Both the position numbers and the translations under genes were made by a program. From a virus (taxonomy: Duplodnaviria > Caudoviricetes): a stretch of 64,000 bases of DNA. The notes under the pieces are model-generated. The model worked only from the letters and a program-made list of their open reading frames with translations, searched no databases and was not told the origin of the DNA. The stretch lies in the IMG/VR virus record IMGVR_UViG_3300047551_002158; one strand, written 5' to 3'. Of this stretch, positions 20,584-30,629 are shown piece after piece; position 1 is the first letter of the stretch; the number at the start of each line of letters is the position of its first letter.

Positions 20584-21585
20584 ATGTTTGAGTATTTTTA
20601 TCACGAAATTTTAAGAAGGACCGTAATTGCTTTTGGTTCATTATTTAATGAAATCACCATCAAACATAAGAACAATGATGGAGTTGTTAAAAGTGTGCTT
20701 AAAGTTCCTCTTGCATACGGTCCTACACAAAAATTTCTTGCAAGATTAGAACAATCTCCCGATCTGAATAAACCAATTCAGATCACACTACCCAGAATGT
20801 CCTTTGAGTTTACTGGTTTAACATATGACCCAACAAGAAAGGCAACAACTACTCAAACATTTACTGCAAAGTCTGTAACTGACGGTAAGGAAACGAAGAA
20901 AGTATATCTTCCAGTTCCATATAATATGCAGTTTGAACTTAGTATTATGTGCAAATTAAATGATGATGCTTTGCAGATAGTTGAACAAATCTTACCCTAT
21001 TTTCAACCAGCATATACAATGACAGTTGAGTTGGTTGATGAAATTAACGAAAAGAGAGACATTCCTGTTGTTCTTGAGAACATTACTATGCAGGATGACT
21101 ATGAGGGAAATTTTACTACAAGAAGGGTTTTAATTTACACTCTAAGATTTACTGCAAAAACTTACCTGTTTGGTCCTGTTGCTTCTGCTACAAAGGATAT
21201 TATCAAAAAGACTACTATCAGTTATGTTGCTGGAGATACTACAAATACACCAACAAGAGAAATCGTTTATTCAGCAGAACCAAGAGCGATTCAAAATTAT
21301 ACTGGTATTGTTGTAACCAATTTAACAAAAGATATTACAACAGACGATATTCTAATACAAGTAAATGATGCAAGTTCAATATTACCAAATACTTACTTGG
21401 ATATTGAGGGTGAAGAAGTTTATGTAAAACTTGTTTCTGGAAATATTCTTACTGTAGAAAGAGGTAGAGATAACACAACAATAACATCACATTTATCTGG
21501 AGCACAAGTAAAATCGATTACTGCTGCGGATAATTTACTAATTGAAGACGGAGATGATTTTGGATTTAGTGGTTCTACAATTTGA
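20584..21585 (+). CDS. gp15: Tail sheath stabiliser/terminator gp15
   Basis: YFYHEILRRTVIAFGSLFN, VPLAYGP, LPRMSFE and EQILPYFQP motifs. Confidence 0.93.
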   Translation: MFEYFYHEILRRTVIAFGSLFNEITIKHKNNDGVVKSVLKVPLAYGPTQKFLARLEQSPDLNKPIQITLPRMSFEFTGLTYDPTRKATTTQTFTAKSVTDGKETKKVYLPVPYNMQFELSIMCKLNDDALQIVEQILPYFQPAYTMTVELVDEINEKRDIPVVLENITMQDDYEGNFTTRRVLIYTLRFTAKTYLFGPVASATKDIIKKTTISYVAGDTTNTPTREIVYSAEPRAIQNYTGIVVTNLTKDITTDDILIQVNDASSILPNTYLDIEGEEVYVKLVSGNILTVERGRDNTTITSHLSGAQVKSITAADNLLIEDGDDFGFSGSTI

Positions 21586-21590
21586 ATGAT

Positions 21591-22025
21591 ATGAAAATGA
21601 CAAAAAAGTTTGACGATTTAAACCAAACATTCAATGTAGATTCGGAGATAGTTCCTGTCGATAATAAAACCCCCACTGAAGCGATAGAAAAAATTGCTTC
21701 AACTGTTGATGATATTAAAAAAGATTATGATTATACGAGAGGTAATTTATATTCTCTCATTGAAAAGGGGCAGGAAGCAATTAACGGAATTCTTGAACTT
21801 GCACAAGAAAGTGAAATGCCCCGGGCATATGAAGTTGCAGGACAACTCATTAAAAATGTTGCGGATGCAACTGACAAATTAATGGATCTTCAAAAGAAAC
21901 TTAAGGATATTGAAGAAGAAAAAGTAGGAAAGGGACCAACAACTGTCAACAATGCACTTTTTGTTGGTTCTACCGCAGAATTGGCAAAACTTTTAAAGCA
22001 GCAAGCACAAAATGAAAACATTTAA
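21591..22025 (+). CDS. gp16: Terminase small subunit gp16
   Basis: DYDYTRGNLYSLIEKGQEA, PRAYEVAGQLIK and NNALFVGSTAELAKLLK; an ATG at 21591/21597 is more plausible than the TTG at 21582. Confidence 0.92.
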   Translation: MKMTKKFDDLNQTFNVDSEIVPVDNKTPTEAIEKIASTVDDIKKDYDYTRGNLYSLIEKGQEAINGILELAQESEMPRAYEVAGQLIKNVADATDKLMDLQKKLKDIEEEKVGKGPTTVNNALFVGSTAELAKLLKQQAQNENI

Positions 22026-22167
22026 ACAGTTTCAAGAAGATTGGACTAATAAATATAAAAAGAGTATTGATTGCTCAAATCCAAAAGGATTCTCTCAACG
22101 TGCTCATTGTGCGGGGAGAAGAAAAAGAGCAAAAGGTGAGCAGACTAAATCAAAACCAGTTGAGTAA
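22012..22167 (+). CDS. 51-aa basic protein with capsid-targeting-like N-terminus (not in ORF track)
   Basis: MKTFKQFQEDWTNKYKKSIDCSNPKGFSQRAHCAGRRKRAKGEQTKSKPVE; its TAA overlaps the next ATG (TAATG). Confidence 0.7.
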   Translation: MKTFKQFQEDWTNKYKKSIDCSNPKGFSQRAHCAGRRKRAKGEQTKSKPVE

Positions 22168-23906
22168 TGCCCAAGATCAAGTCACATAAAACAGTTGAGC
22201 AAATTGCAAGGAAGCATCGTCTTGATGTTTCTTTCATACAAAAGCAACTTGATATGGGAGAACCTATTGAGCACGAGCATACTCAAGACCACGAACTTGC
22301 AAGAGATATTGCCCTTCAACATCTTGATGAAATTCCAGATTATTATACCCGCTTGAAAAAAATGGAAGCAGATGCTAAAAAGCATCATAAAAAATTTAAA
22401 GATGTGAAAGAAGGCAATTTGCATAAATGGTTTCAAAGTAAATCTAAAGATGGAAAACCAGGTTGGGTAAATGTTGTTACTGGTGGAACTTGTGCAAGTG
22501 ATGAACCAGGAGAAGGAGTTCCCAAATGCGTTTCTTCTGAAAAAAGAGCAAGTATGACCCCAGCAGAAAGACGTGCCGCTGCAAGAAGAAAAAAAGCAGC
22601 AGATCCTGCTCAACAACAAAAAACAGGTGCAGCAAAACCAACTTACGTTCCTACCGACGAACCAAAAAAGAAAATGAAAGAAGAAATGGACTTACAAGAA
22701 GTAAAAGACAAAAAAGGAAAGGGAAGTGGTAAGAAAGACGCCTGTTATCATAAAGTAAAGTCACGTTATGATGTTTGGCCAAGTGCATATGCATCTGGAG
22801 CACTTGTCAAATGCCGTAGAGTTGGCGCTGATAATTGGGGAACTAAATCGGAGGAAACTACGCACGAAGAGGAAAGATATTGCCCATTATGTGATAAAAG
22901 AGAAACAAGATCCCAATGTTCTTATGGAGAAAAAGCCTGGGATAAAGTTTCAGTTAAAGATGAAGAGTATTCAATGGCACGTTCCGAACTCTCCACAATT
23001 GAAGATGCGGTCAAGAGATTAAAAAATAAAGTCGGAAAAGGCGAAGGAAATCTTGAAGCGTGGGTACAATCAAAAATTACCAAAGCAGCGGATTATATCG
23101 ATACTGCAGCAGATTATATTGCGAGTGGAGAAATGGAAGAACAAAAAATTGTTGATAAAATTATGGATGAAATGAAATGCTGGACAGGCTACAAAAAGAA
23201 GGGAACTCAAAAATTATTTGGTAAAAAATATAATCGTTGCGTAAAGAAGGAAGATGTGACAATTGAAGACTTAGATGGCAATACATTTGCTGAAGTGATT
23301 GATATTATCAAACCAGAACCAATAAAAGGTTTTAAATCTCAAGTAACAGAGGCAACTCGTCTTCAAGCACAAACAGGTAATGTAATTGCAGTTACTCTTT
23401 CTTGGAGAGGAAAGTACTATTCTCTAAAAATGTTTTTCCCTCAAGTTAAAACACCATCTCGCAAAGAAATAAACGATGAAATTCAAAAGGTTTATCCAGG
23501 TTCTGTAGTTGTTTATCATTCAGTATCAGAAATTCAACCAGGACAACCACTAATTCAAATGTGTGGTCCTCAGGGAGGAAGCTCTGCAAAACCTGGTCCA
23601 TCAAACAATTATGTAAAGACAATGGGAGAAGAAGTTGAAGTTGATGAAGATTGGCAAAAAGTTAATCGTCAAGATAAAACGGATGGATTAAGTCAAAAAG
23701 CAGTCAATGCTTATCGCAGAGAAAATCCAGGTTCAAATCTTCAAACTGCAGTAACTGAAAAAAATCCATCGGGTAAAAGAGCACAAAGAAGAAAAAATTT
23801 TTGTAGTCGTATGACCGGAATGAAGAAAAGATTAACATCTGCAGAGACTGCAAGAGATCCAGATAGCAGAATTAACAAAGCACTTCGTCGTTGGAACTGT
23901 AACTAA
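22167..23906 (+). CDS. 579-aa multi-module basic protein (putative internal-head polyprotein)
   Basis: A string of short Lys/Arg/Cys-rich modules separated by E-rich linkers, located between gp16 and gp17. Confidence 0.8.
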   Translation: MPKIKSHKTVEQIARKHRLDVSFIQKQLDMGEPIEHEHTQDHELARDIALQHLDEIPDYYTRLKKMEADAKKHHKKFKDVKEGNLHKWFQSKSKDGKPGWVNVVTGGTCASDEPGEGVPKCVSSEKRASMTPAERRAAARRKKAADPAQQQKTGAAKPTYVPTDEPKKKMKEEMDLQEVKDKKGKGSGKKDACYHKVKSRYDVWPSAYASGALVKCRRVGADNWGTKSEETTHEEERYCPLCDKRETRSQCSYGEKAWDKVSVKDEEYSMARSELSTIEDAVKRLKNKVGKGEGNLEAWVQSKITKAADYIDTAADYIASGEMEEQKIVDKIMDEMKCWTGYKKKGTQKLFGKKYNRCVKKEDVTIEDLDGNTFAEVIDIIKPEPIKGFKSQVTEATRLQAQTGNVIAVTLSWRGKYYSLKMFFPQVKTPSRKEINDEIQKVYPGSVVVYHSVSEIQPGQPLIQMCGPQGGSSAKPGPSNNYVKTMGEEVEVDEDWQKVNRQDKTDGLSQKAVNAYRRENPGSNLQTAVTEKNPSGKRAQRRKNFCSRMTGMKKRLTSAETARDPDSRINKALRRWNCN

Positions 23907-23922
23907 TTAATAGGACTTTATT

Positions 23923-25575
23923 ATGGCAAATAATGATGTATATCTCGGTAATCCGTTACTGAAGAAGGCGAATACTACTCACGAATTTACAGAAGAACAG
24001 GTTCTTGAGATTGCCAAGTGCATGAATGATCCTGTTTATTTTGCAAATAATTATGTAAAAATCGTTACTCTTGATCACGGTTTACAGACATTCAAACCAT
24101 ATCATTTTCAAGAAAAGTTAATTACGAATTTCCATAAACACAGATTTAATATCTGTAAGATGCCTCGTCAGACTGGTAAATCTACTACTGTAGTTGCATT
24201 TCTTTTACATTATGCAGTATTTAATGATAATGTAAATATTGGTATTCTGGCGAACAAGGCAGCAACAGCAAGAGAACTCTTAGATAGGTTGCAAACCGCA
24301 TATGAAAATCTACCAAAGTGGATGCAACAAGGAATTATTTCTTGGAACAAAGGTTCCTTGGAATTGGAAAATGGAAGTAAAATCTTGGCTGCTTCTACTT
24401 CTGCTTCTGCAGTTCGTGGTATGTCATTCAATATCTTATTTTTGGACGAATTTGCGTTCGTTCCAAATCACATTGCAGATTCATTCTTTGCATCAGTATA
24501 TCCAACAATTACTTCAGGTAAGCAAACAAAAGTAATTATCGTTTCTACGCCACACGGTATGAATCATTTCTACCGAATGTGGCACGATGCTGAAAAAGGT
24601 AAGAATGAGTATGTTTATACTGATGTACATTGGTCAGAGGTTCCTGGAAGAGATGAGGAGTGGAAAAAGCAAACAATTGCCAATACTAGCGAATCTCAGT
24701 TCAAAGTTGAGTTTGAATGTGAATTTTTAGGATCCGTTGATACTTTGATTGCACCAAGCAAACTTAGAACCCTCGTTTACGATGCCCCTAAGACCCGTAG
24801 TGCGGGTTTAGATGTATATGAGGACCCAATAGAGAATCATGATTATTTGATCACTGTAGACGTTGCTAGAGGCGTTGGAAACGACTATTCCGCATTTACT
24901 GTTGTAGACATTACTCAGTTTCCACACAAGGTCGTAGGAAAATATAGAAATAATGAAATTAAACCTATGCTTTTTCCAAGCATAATTCATGAAGCAGCAA
25001 CTGCATATAATAATGCATATATTCTTTGTGAGGTAAATGATGTTGGAGATCAAGTAGCAAGCATTCTTCAATATGATCTGGAATACAATAATCTTCTTAT
25101 GTGCTCAATGAGAGGAAGAGCGGGGCAAATTGTGGGTCAGGGATTTAGTGGGAAGAAAACTCAACTTGGAGTTAAGATGTCAAAGACTGTTAAAAAAGTT
25201 GGATGTCTAAACTTAAAGACAATGATTGAGGAAAATAAACTTTTTCTCAATGATTACGAAATTATTAGTGAGCTCACAACATTTATTCAAAAACACAATT
25301 CATTTGAAGCGGAAGAAGGTTGTAATGATGATCTTGCTATGTGCTTGGTCATTTATGCTTGGTTGGTAGCACAAGATTATTTTAAAGAACTCACAGATCA
25401 AGATGTTAGAAAACGTCTTTATGAAGAGCAAAAAAATCAAATAGAACAGGATATGTCTCCCTTCGGATTTATATCTGATGGATTGGATGAAAATAATTTT
25501 GTTGATGCCGATGGAGATAGATGGTTTGTTGATGAATATGGAGATCGTTCTTATATGTGGGATTATCTGTCATAA
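23923..25575 (+). CDS. gp17: Terminase large subunit gp17
   Basis: Walker A KMPRQTGKST, Walker B ILFLDEFAF, RNase H-like nuclease DVARGVGNDYS and NDDLAMCL. Confidence 0.97.
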   Translation: MANNDVYLGNPLLKKANTTHEFTEEQVLEIAKCMNDPVYFANNYVKIVTLDHGLQTFKPYHFQEKLITNFHKHRFNICKMPRQTGKSTTVVAFLLHYAVFNDNVNIGILANKAATARELLDRLQTAYENLPKWMQQGIISWNKGSLELENGSKILAASTSASAVRGMSFNILFLDEFAFVPNHIADSFFASVYPTITSGKQTKVIIVSTPHGMNHFYRMWHDAEKGKNEYVYTDVHWSEVPGRDEEWKKQTIANTSESQFKVEFECEFLGSVDTLIAPSKLRTLVYDAPKTRSAGLDVYEDPIENHDYLITVDVARGVGNDYSAFTVVDITQFPHKVVGKYRNNEIKPMLFPSIIHEAATAYNNAYILCEVNDVGDQVASILQYDLEYNNLLMCSMRGRAGQIVGQGFSGKKTQLGVKMSKTVKKVGCLNLKTMIEENKLFLNDYEIISELTTFIQKHNSFEAEEGCNDDLAMCLVIYAWLVAQDYFKELTDQDVRKRLYEEQKNQIEQDMSPFGFISDGLDENNFVDADGDRWFVDEYGDRSYMWDYLS

Positions 25576-25805
25576 TGGACTTAGATAAGCAAATTAAACT
25601 TGGGCATTTATTACTCTCAGATAGAAAATGTAGAATATGCGGCGAGATGAAAAATTTAATAGATGGATTTTATAGAACTCGTAAAGATAGAGGACCTGTA
25701 GCATCTTCTTATTCATATGAATGTAAAGAATGTACCGTAAAAAGAATTGTAAGAAATAGGAAAAAAGTTTTACTTTATAATGAGTGTGAATATCCTGACT
25801 GGTAA
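25575..25805 (+). CDS. Small CxxC-CxxC zinc-ribbon protein
   Basis: RKCRICGE...YECKEC; the ATG overlaps the gp17 stop (TAATG). Confidence 0.7.
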   Translation: MDLDKQIKLGHLLLSDRKCRICGEMKNLIDGFYRTRKDRGPVASSYSYECKECTVKRIVRNRKKVLLYNECEYPDW

Positions 25806-25891
25806 ATAATTGTTCACGTCCCATTTCCCTTATGTAAAGTATCTTTTTAATAAATAATTTTTAGATAAACTGAGACTTTACGGAGAAAAAC

Positions 25892-28093
25892 ATGGCGACT
25901 CCTCAATTATCTCCAGGCGTACTCGTCAGAGAGGTTGATTTAACGGTAGGAAGAGCTGATAATGTCTTAGATAATATTGGTGCAATTGCTGGACCCTTTC
26001 CAATTGGACCTGTTGACTTTCCAATTGACATCACAACCGAACAGGAACTGATCAATACGTTCGGAAAACCACTTTCAACTGATTCCCAATATGAATATTG
26101 GATGAGTGCTTCATCCTATCTGTCGTATGGCGGAGTTCTTAAAGTTGTTAGAACTGCTGGTTCAACCCTAAACAACGCTAATGCTGGCGTTAATGAAGCT
26201 GCAGAAACTTCTTTGAGAATTGACAATTATGATGATTATACCAACAATCATTCCGATGGCAACAACTTTACATTTGCTGCAAAGAATCCGGGATCTTGGG
26301 CAAATAACTTAAAGGTTTGTGTTATTGACGATTTAGCAGATCAAATCATCGGCATTAACACCACAAATCTTGGTGCAGCTGGTGCTCAGATTGGTTACGG
26401 AATTACGACTACACTAACATCAGTTACTATTCCAGGAGCAGGTACTACAACTCCATTTAGTGGTTATTTGAAGGGAATTATTACCGGAGTTACTACTGAC
26501 TCAACAAATGGAAACAGTAATATTTCTGTAAAAATTACTTCAAGAGTTTCTTCCGCAGGAACCGAAACTCAAATTAACTACGCTGAAGGAACTGCTTTTG
26601 CTGCTTTTAATGCAACACAAACAGTAAACTTTGTTGGAGCGTCTGGAACTTCAATTGGAAGTGCTTTAGTTGCTTCCGTTTTAGATTGGTATGAACAGCA
26701 AACTCTTGGATTAACAAACTCAGTAATCTATTGGAGATCAATTGCCCCAAAACCAATTACTAATAGATACTCATTAGAAAGAAATGGCAAAAATGATGCC
26801 ATTCACGTCGTAGTTGTTGATGATCTTGGAAGTATTACCGGAAACCAAGGAACCATTCTCGAAAAGCACGTAGGTCTTTCCAAGGCACTCGATTCTGTTT
26901 CCGCAGTTAATTCTCCACAAAAAATCTGGTACGAGCAGTATCTTGCAGACTTCTCATCTCAGATTTATGCTGGAGGAAATCCATCAAGTTCTCCCGATTC
27001 TTATTGGGGTACTGCTCCAAGAGCAACTGGATTTACTACCTACTCTGGCAATGCGGCTTCATTTAACCCAATTAGCAATTCGGATGGTCTTTGGGGTCTA
27101 AATGCACAAGATACAACGTTCAGTGCCATTGGAAATAAAACTTATACCCTGACCGGTGGCGTTGATTATTCTGCTTCAGGTGGAATGAAGGCAACCTTGG
27201 GAGACTTGATTACTTCATATGATAAGTTCTCCAACAAAGATGAAATCCAAGTAGATTACTTAATTATGGGACCTGGAATGGATGCTCAGGCAGATTCTCA
27301 GGCGAAAGCACAATATCTTATTTCAATTGCTGAACAGAGAAAGGATTGCGTAACTACAATTGGACCACATAAAGCAGATCTGATTGGTATAACAAATACT
27401 ACCACACAAACGACAAACCTAATTAAATACTTTAGTTCACTTTCATCTTCATCATATGCAGTATTTGACAGTGGATACAAGTATACCTACGATAGATTTA
27501 ATAACAAATTTGTTTACATTCCTTGCAATGCTGACGTTGCAGGTCTAATGTGTCGCACTAATATTATTGCATATCCTTGGTTCTCTCCTGCAGGTCAGCA
27601 GAGAGGTATTCTGAACAATGCAATTAAACTTGCATACAATCCAAATAAGGCGCAAAGAGATCAACTTTATCCACAAAGAGTAAACGCTATCGTTACTCAA
27701 CCTGGAATTGGAACTCTCCTATTTGGAGACAAGACTGGACTTGGATATGCATCCGCGTTTGATAGAATTAACGTTCGTCGTCTGTTCCTGACCATCGAGC
27801 AAGCACTACAAAAAGCCGCTCAAGCTCAACTCTTCGAACTGAACGATGAGTTAACAAGAGCAAACTTTAAAAATATCGTTGAGCCATATCTCCGCGATGT
27901 TCAGGCAAAGAGAGGTCTTTATGGATTCCTTGTTGTTTGCGATACGACAAACAATACTCCTGACGTTATTGATAACAATGAATTCAGAGCGGACATTTAT
28001 CTGAAACCCGCTAAGTCTATTAACTATGTAACTCTTACCTTTGTTGCAACTCGCACGGGCGTAAGTTTTGAAGAAGTTGCTGGTACAGTTTGA
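25892..28093 (+). CDS. gp18: Tail sheath protein gp18
   Basis: LSPGVLVREVDLT, WFSPAGQQRG, FDRINVRRLF and FRADIYLKPAKSINYVTLTFVATRTG. Confidence 0.97.
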   Translation: MATPQLSPGVLVREVDLTVGRADNVLDNIGAIAGPFPIGPVDFPIDITTEQELINTFGKPLSTDSQYEYWMSASSYLSYGGVLKVVRTAGSTLNNANAGVNEAAETSLRIDNYDDYTNNHSDGNNFTFAAKNPGSWANNLKVCVIDDLADQIIGINTTNLGAAGAQIGYGITTTLTSVTIPGAGTTTPFSGYLKGIITGVTTDSTNGNSNISVKITSRVSSAGTETQINYAEGTAFAAFNATQTVNFVGASGTSIGSALVASVLDWYEQQTLGLTNSVIYWRSIAPKPITNRYSLERNGKNDAIHVVVVDDLGSITGNQGTILEKHVGLSKALDSVSAVNSPQKIWYEQYLADFSSQIYAGGNPSSSPDSYWGTAPRATGFTTYSGNAASFNPISNSDGLWGLNAQDTTFSAIGNKTYTLTGGVDYSASGGMKATLGDLITSYDKFSNKDEIQVDYLIMGPGMDAQADSQAKAQYLISIAEQRKDCVTTIGPHKADLIGITNTTTQTTNLIKYFSSLSSSSYAVFDSGYKYTYDRFNNKFVYIPCNADVAGLMCRTNIIAYPWFSPAGQQRGILNNAIKLAYNPNKAQRDQLYPQRVNAIVTQPGIGTLLFGDKTGLGYASAFDRINVRRLFLTIEQALQKAAQAQLFELNDELTRANFKNIVEPYLRDVQAKRGLYGFLVVCDTTNNTPDVIDNNEFRADIYLKPAKSINYVTLTFVATRTGVSFEEVAGTV

Positions 28094-28130
28094 TCATTAT
28101 TCAATAAATAACTTAAGGAGGTAACGAACC

Positions 28131-28715
28131 GTGGCAAGACTCAAAACAATCTCTCAATTTAAAAGTGCCCTAAGGGGTGGTGGTGCTCGTCCCAATCTAT
28201 TTGAAGTTGAACTGACAACATTACCAGCGGGAATTAGTTGGGACGCTGATACTTTCAAATATCTGTGCAAAGCTGCTGCTTTGCCAGCATCAAACGTTGG
28301 AAGTATTGATGTTCCATTTAGAGGAAGAACCTTTAAGGTTGCTGGTGATAGAACAATTGATGCTTGGACAGTCACTATTATCAACGACGAGGACTTCAAA
28401 CTCAGAAAAGCATTTGAAGCTTGGAGTGAACTGATTGCTAAACTTGATAACAACTTGGGTGCAACAAGTCCAAATGCTTATATGAGCAATGCTACTGTTT
28501 ATCAACTTGGAAGAGGTGCTCAGATAAACAGCACCAATAATAGCGGTTCTGATAGTTCTATCTTGGCTGCATATAAATTTGTTGATATTTTCCCAACAAG
28601 TGTTTCAAATATTGATCTATCTTATGATAGCGGAGATACTATCGAAGAATTTACAGTTGAATTCCAAGTTCAATCTTACGAAATTCTTGATCCAACCGCC
28701 GCTGCAAGAGTCTGA
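28131..28715 (+). CDS. gp19: Tail tube protein gp19
   Basis: GGARPNLFEV, VPFRGRTFKVAGDRTIDAWTVTIINDEDF; GTG start with a GGAGG RBS. Confidence 0.95.
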   Translation: MARLKTISQFKSALRGGGARPNLFEVELTTLPAGISWDADTFKYLCKAAALPASNVGSIDVPFRGRTFKVAGDRTIDAWTVTIINDEDFKLRKAFEAWSELIAKLDNNLGATSPNAYMSNATVYQLGRGAQINSTNNSGSDSSILAAYKFVDIFPTSVSNIDLSYDSGDTIEEFTVEFQVQSYEILDPTAAARV

Positions 28716-28750
28716 TAAATAGTCAAAAGGCACAGAGAACAAAATAAATT

Positions 28751-30439
28751 ATGGCAAAATTGTTTGGATTTTCTATTGATGACAATGAACCACTTTCTCC
28801 GGGGGTGGTCTCTCCAGTTCCTCCAAATAACGAGGACTCGACTGACCACTACCTGAGTAGTGGTTTTTTTGGTTCATATGTTGATATTGAAGGTGTCTAC
28901 AGAACAGAATTTGATTTAATCAAAAGATATCGTGAAATGGCACTTCATCCTGAGTGTGATAGTGCCATTGAAGATATTGTTAACGAAGCGATTGTATCGG
29001 ATACAAATGATACGCCAGTAGAAATTGAACTTTCAAATCTCAATGCCAGTGATGGTATTAAAAAGAAGATTAGACAAGAGTTTAGATATATTCTTTCATT
29101 ATTAGATTTCGATAAAAAATCTCACGAAATTTATAGGAATTGGTATGTTGATGGTAGATTATACTACCACAAAATAATCGATCTAAAGAACCCCCACGAA
29201 GGAATTCAAGAACTTCGTTATATCGATCCAATGAAAATGAGATATGTGAGGCAGCAAAAAAAGGATCCAAAAGACAAGTATAGATTATCGAATGTCAATT
29301 CAGATAATCCAATGGATTTTGAGTTTCCTCAAATTGAGGAATATTTTATTTACAGTCCCAAATTAACATATCCTACCGGCAATCCTTCATCTATGGGAGG
29401 GTCTCAGGGTATTAAGATGTCAAAGGACTCTATTACCTATTGCACATCTGGTCTTGTAGATAGAAATAAAGGATCAACACTTTCATATCTCCATAAAGCA
29501 ATTAAGTCTCTCAATCAGTTAAGAATGATTGAGGATTCTTTGGTCATCTATCGTCTCTCTCGTGCTCCAGAAAGAAGAATCTTCTATATTGACGTAGGTA
29601 ATCTTCCAAAAGTTAAGGCGGAACAATATCTCCGCGATGTTATGATGCGTTATCGCAATAAACTTGTATATGATGCAAATACTGGAGAGATTCGTGATGA
29701 TAAAAAATTCATGGCAATGCTTGAGGATTTTTGGCTTCCAAGAAGAGAAGGTGGAAGAGGAACAGAGATTTCCACACTTCCTGGTGGTCAAAATCTTGGC
29801 GAAATTACTGACATTGAGTATTTCAAGAAAAAACTCTATCGTTCGCTGAATGTGCCCCCATCAAGAATGGATGGAGAAGGTGGATTTAATCTTGGACGTT
29901 CATCCGAAATCTTAAGAGATGAAGTCAAGTTCAGTAAGTTTGTTGCTCGTTTGAGAAAGAGATTCTCATATATGTTCCACGATATGTTGAGAACTCAACT
30001 TATTCTCAAAAATATTATTACCCCACAAGATTGGGATATTATGGAAGAGCATATCCAATATGACTTCCTATATGATAATCATTTCGCAGAACTCAAGGAC
30101 GCAGAACTTCTAAACGAAAGACTGAATATGGTTCAGATTGCAGAACCATATGTTGGCAAATACTTCTCACAAGATTATGTGAGACGTAAAATTCTTCGTC
30201 AAACTGATGAAGAAATTATTGAGCAGGACAAACTCATTGAGAAAGAAATTAAAGATGGAATTATTCCTGATCCAAATGCAGCTGTTGATCCAATGACTGG
30301 AATGCCACTTCAACCAGGAATGGACCAAGGAACTTCTGGAATGGATTTGGGACAACCTGTTATGGAACCAGAAATTAATGCTTCCGCCACAGAACCATCA
30401 ACAAAAGCAGTTGAAATGCCCAAGGGTGGTGAGATATAA
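28751..30439 (+). CDS. gp20: Portal protein gp20
   Basis: YLHKAIKSLNQLRMIEDSLVIYRLSRAPERRIFYIDVGNLPK and EDFWLPRREGGRGTEI. Confidence 0.98.
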   Translation: MAKLFGFSIDDNEPLSPGVVSPVPPNNEDSTDHYLSSGFFGSYVDIEGVYRTEFDLIKRYREMALHPECDSAIEDIVNEAIVSDTNDTPVEIELSNLNASDGIKKKIRQEFRYILSLLDFDKKSHEIYRNWYVDGRLYYHKIIDLKNPHEGIQELRYIDPMKMRYVRQQKKDPKDKYRLSNVNSDNPMDFEFPQIEEYFIYSPKLTYPTGNPSSMGGSQGIKMSKDSITYCTSGLVDRNKGSTLSYLHKAIKSLNQLRMIEDSLVIYRLSRAPERRIFYIDVGNLPKVKAEQYLRDVMMRYRNKLVYDANTGEIRDDKKFMAMLEDFWLPRREGGRGTEISTLPGGQNLGEITDIEYFKKKLYRSLNVPPSRMDGEGGFNLGRSSEILRDEVKFSKFVARLRKRFSYMFHDMLRTQLILKNIITPQDWDIMEEHIQYDFLYDNHFAELKDAELLNERLNMVQIAEPYVGKYFSQDYVRRKILRQTDEEIIEQDKLIEKEIKDGIIPDPNAAVDPMTGMPLQPGMDQGTSGMDLGQPVMEPEINASATEPSTKAVEMPKGGEI

Positions 30440-30467
30440 ATAGAAGAAATTATTGAAAGGTATTAAA

Positions 30468-30629
30468 ATGGATGATCTTTTGGATATGATCGCTGCTGAT
30501 GAATCTCCATCACAAATCAGCGATAAAATTAAAGAACTACTTTTTGCAAAATCTGCGGAAAAAATTGATGAGTTTCGCCCAGTGGTTGCAAATTCATTGT
30601 TTAACAGAGAAACCGAAGAGGAAGAATGA
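30468..30629 (+). CDS. 53-aa acidic protein at the prohead-core (gp67-like) position (not in ORF track)
   Basis: MDDLLDMIAADESPSQISDKIKELLFAKSAEKIDEFRPVVANSLFNRETEEEE, preceded by TATAAATA at 30435-30442 and an AAGG RBS. The gp67 analogy is positional only. Confidence 0.7.
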   Translation: MDDLLDMIAADESPSQISDKIKELLFAKSAEKIDEFRPVVANSLFNRETEEEE

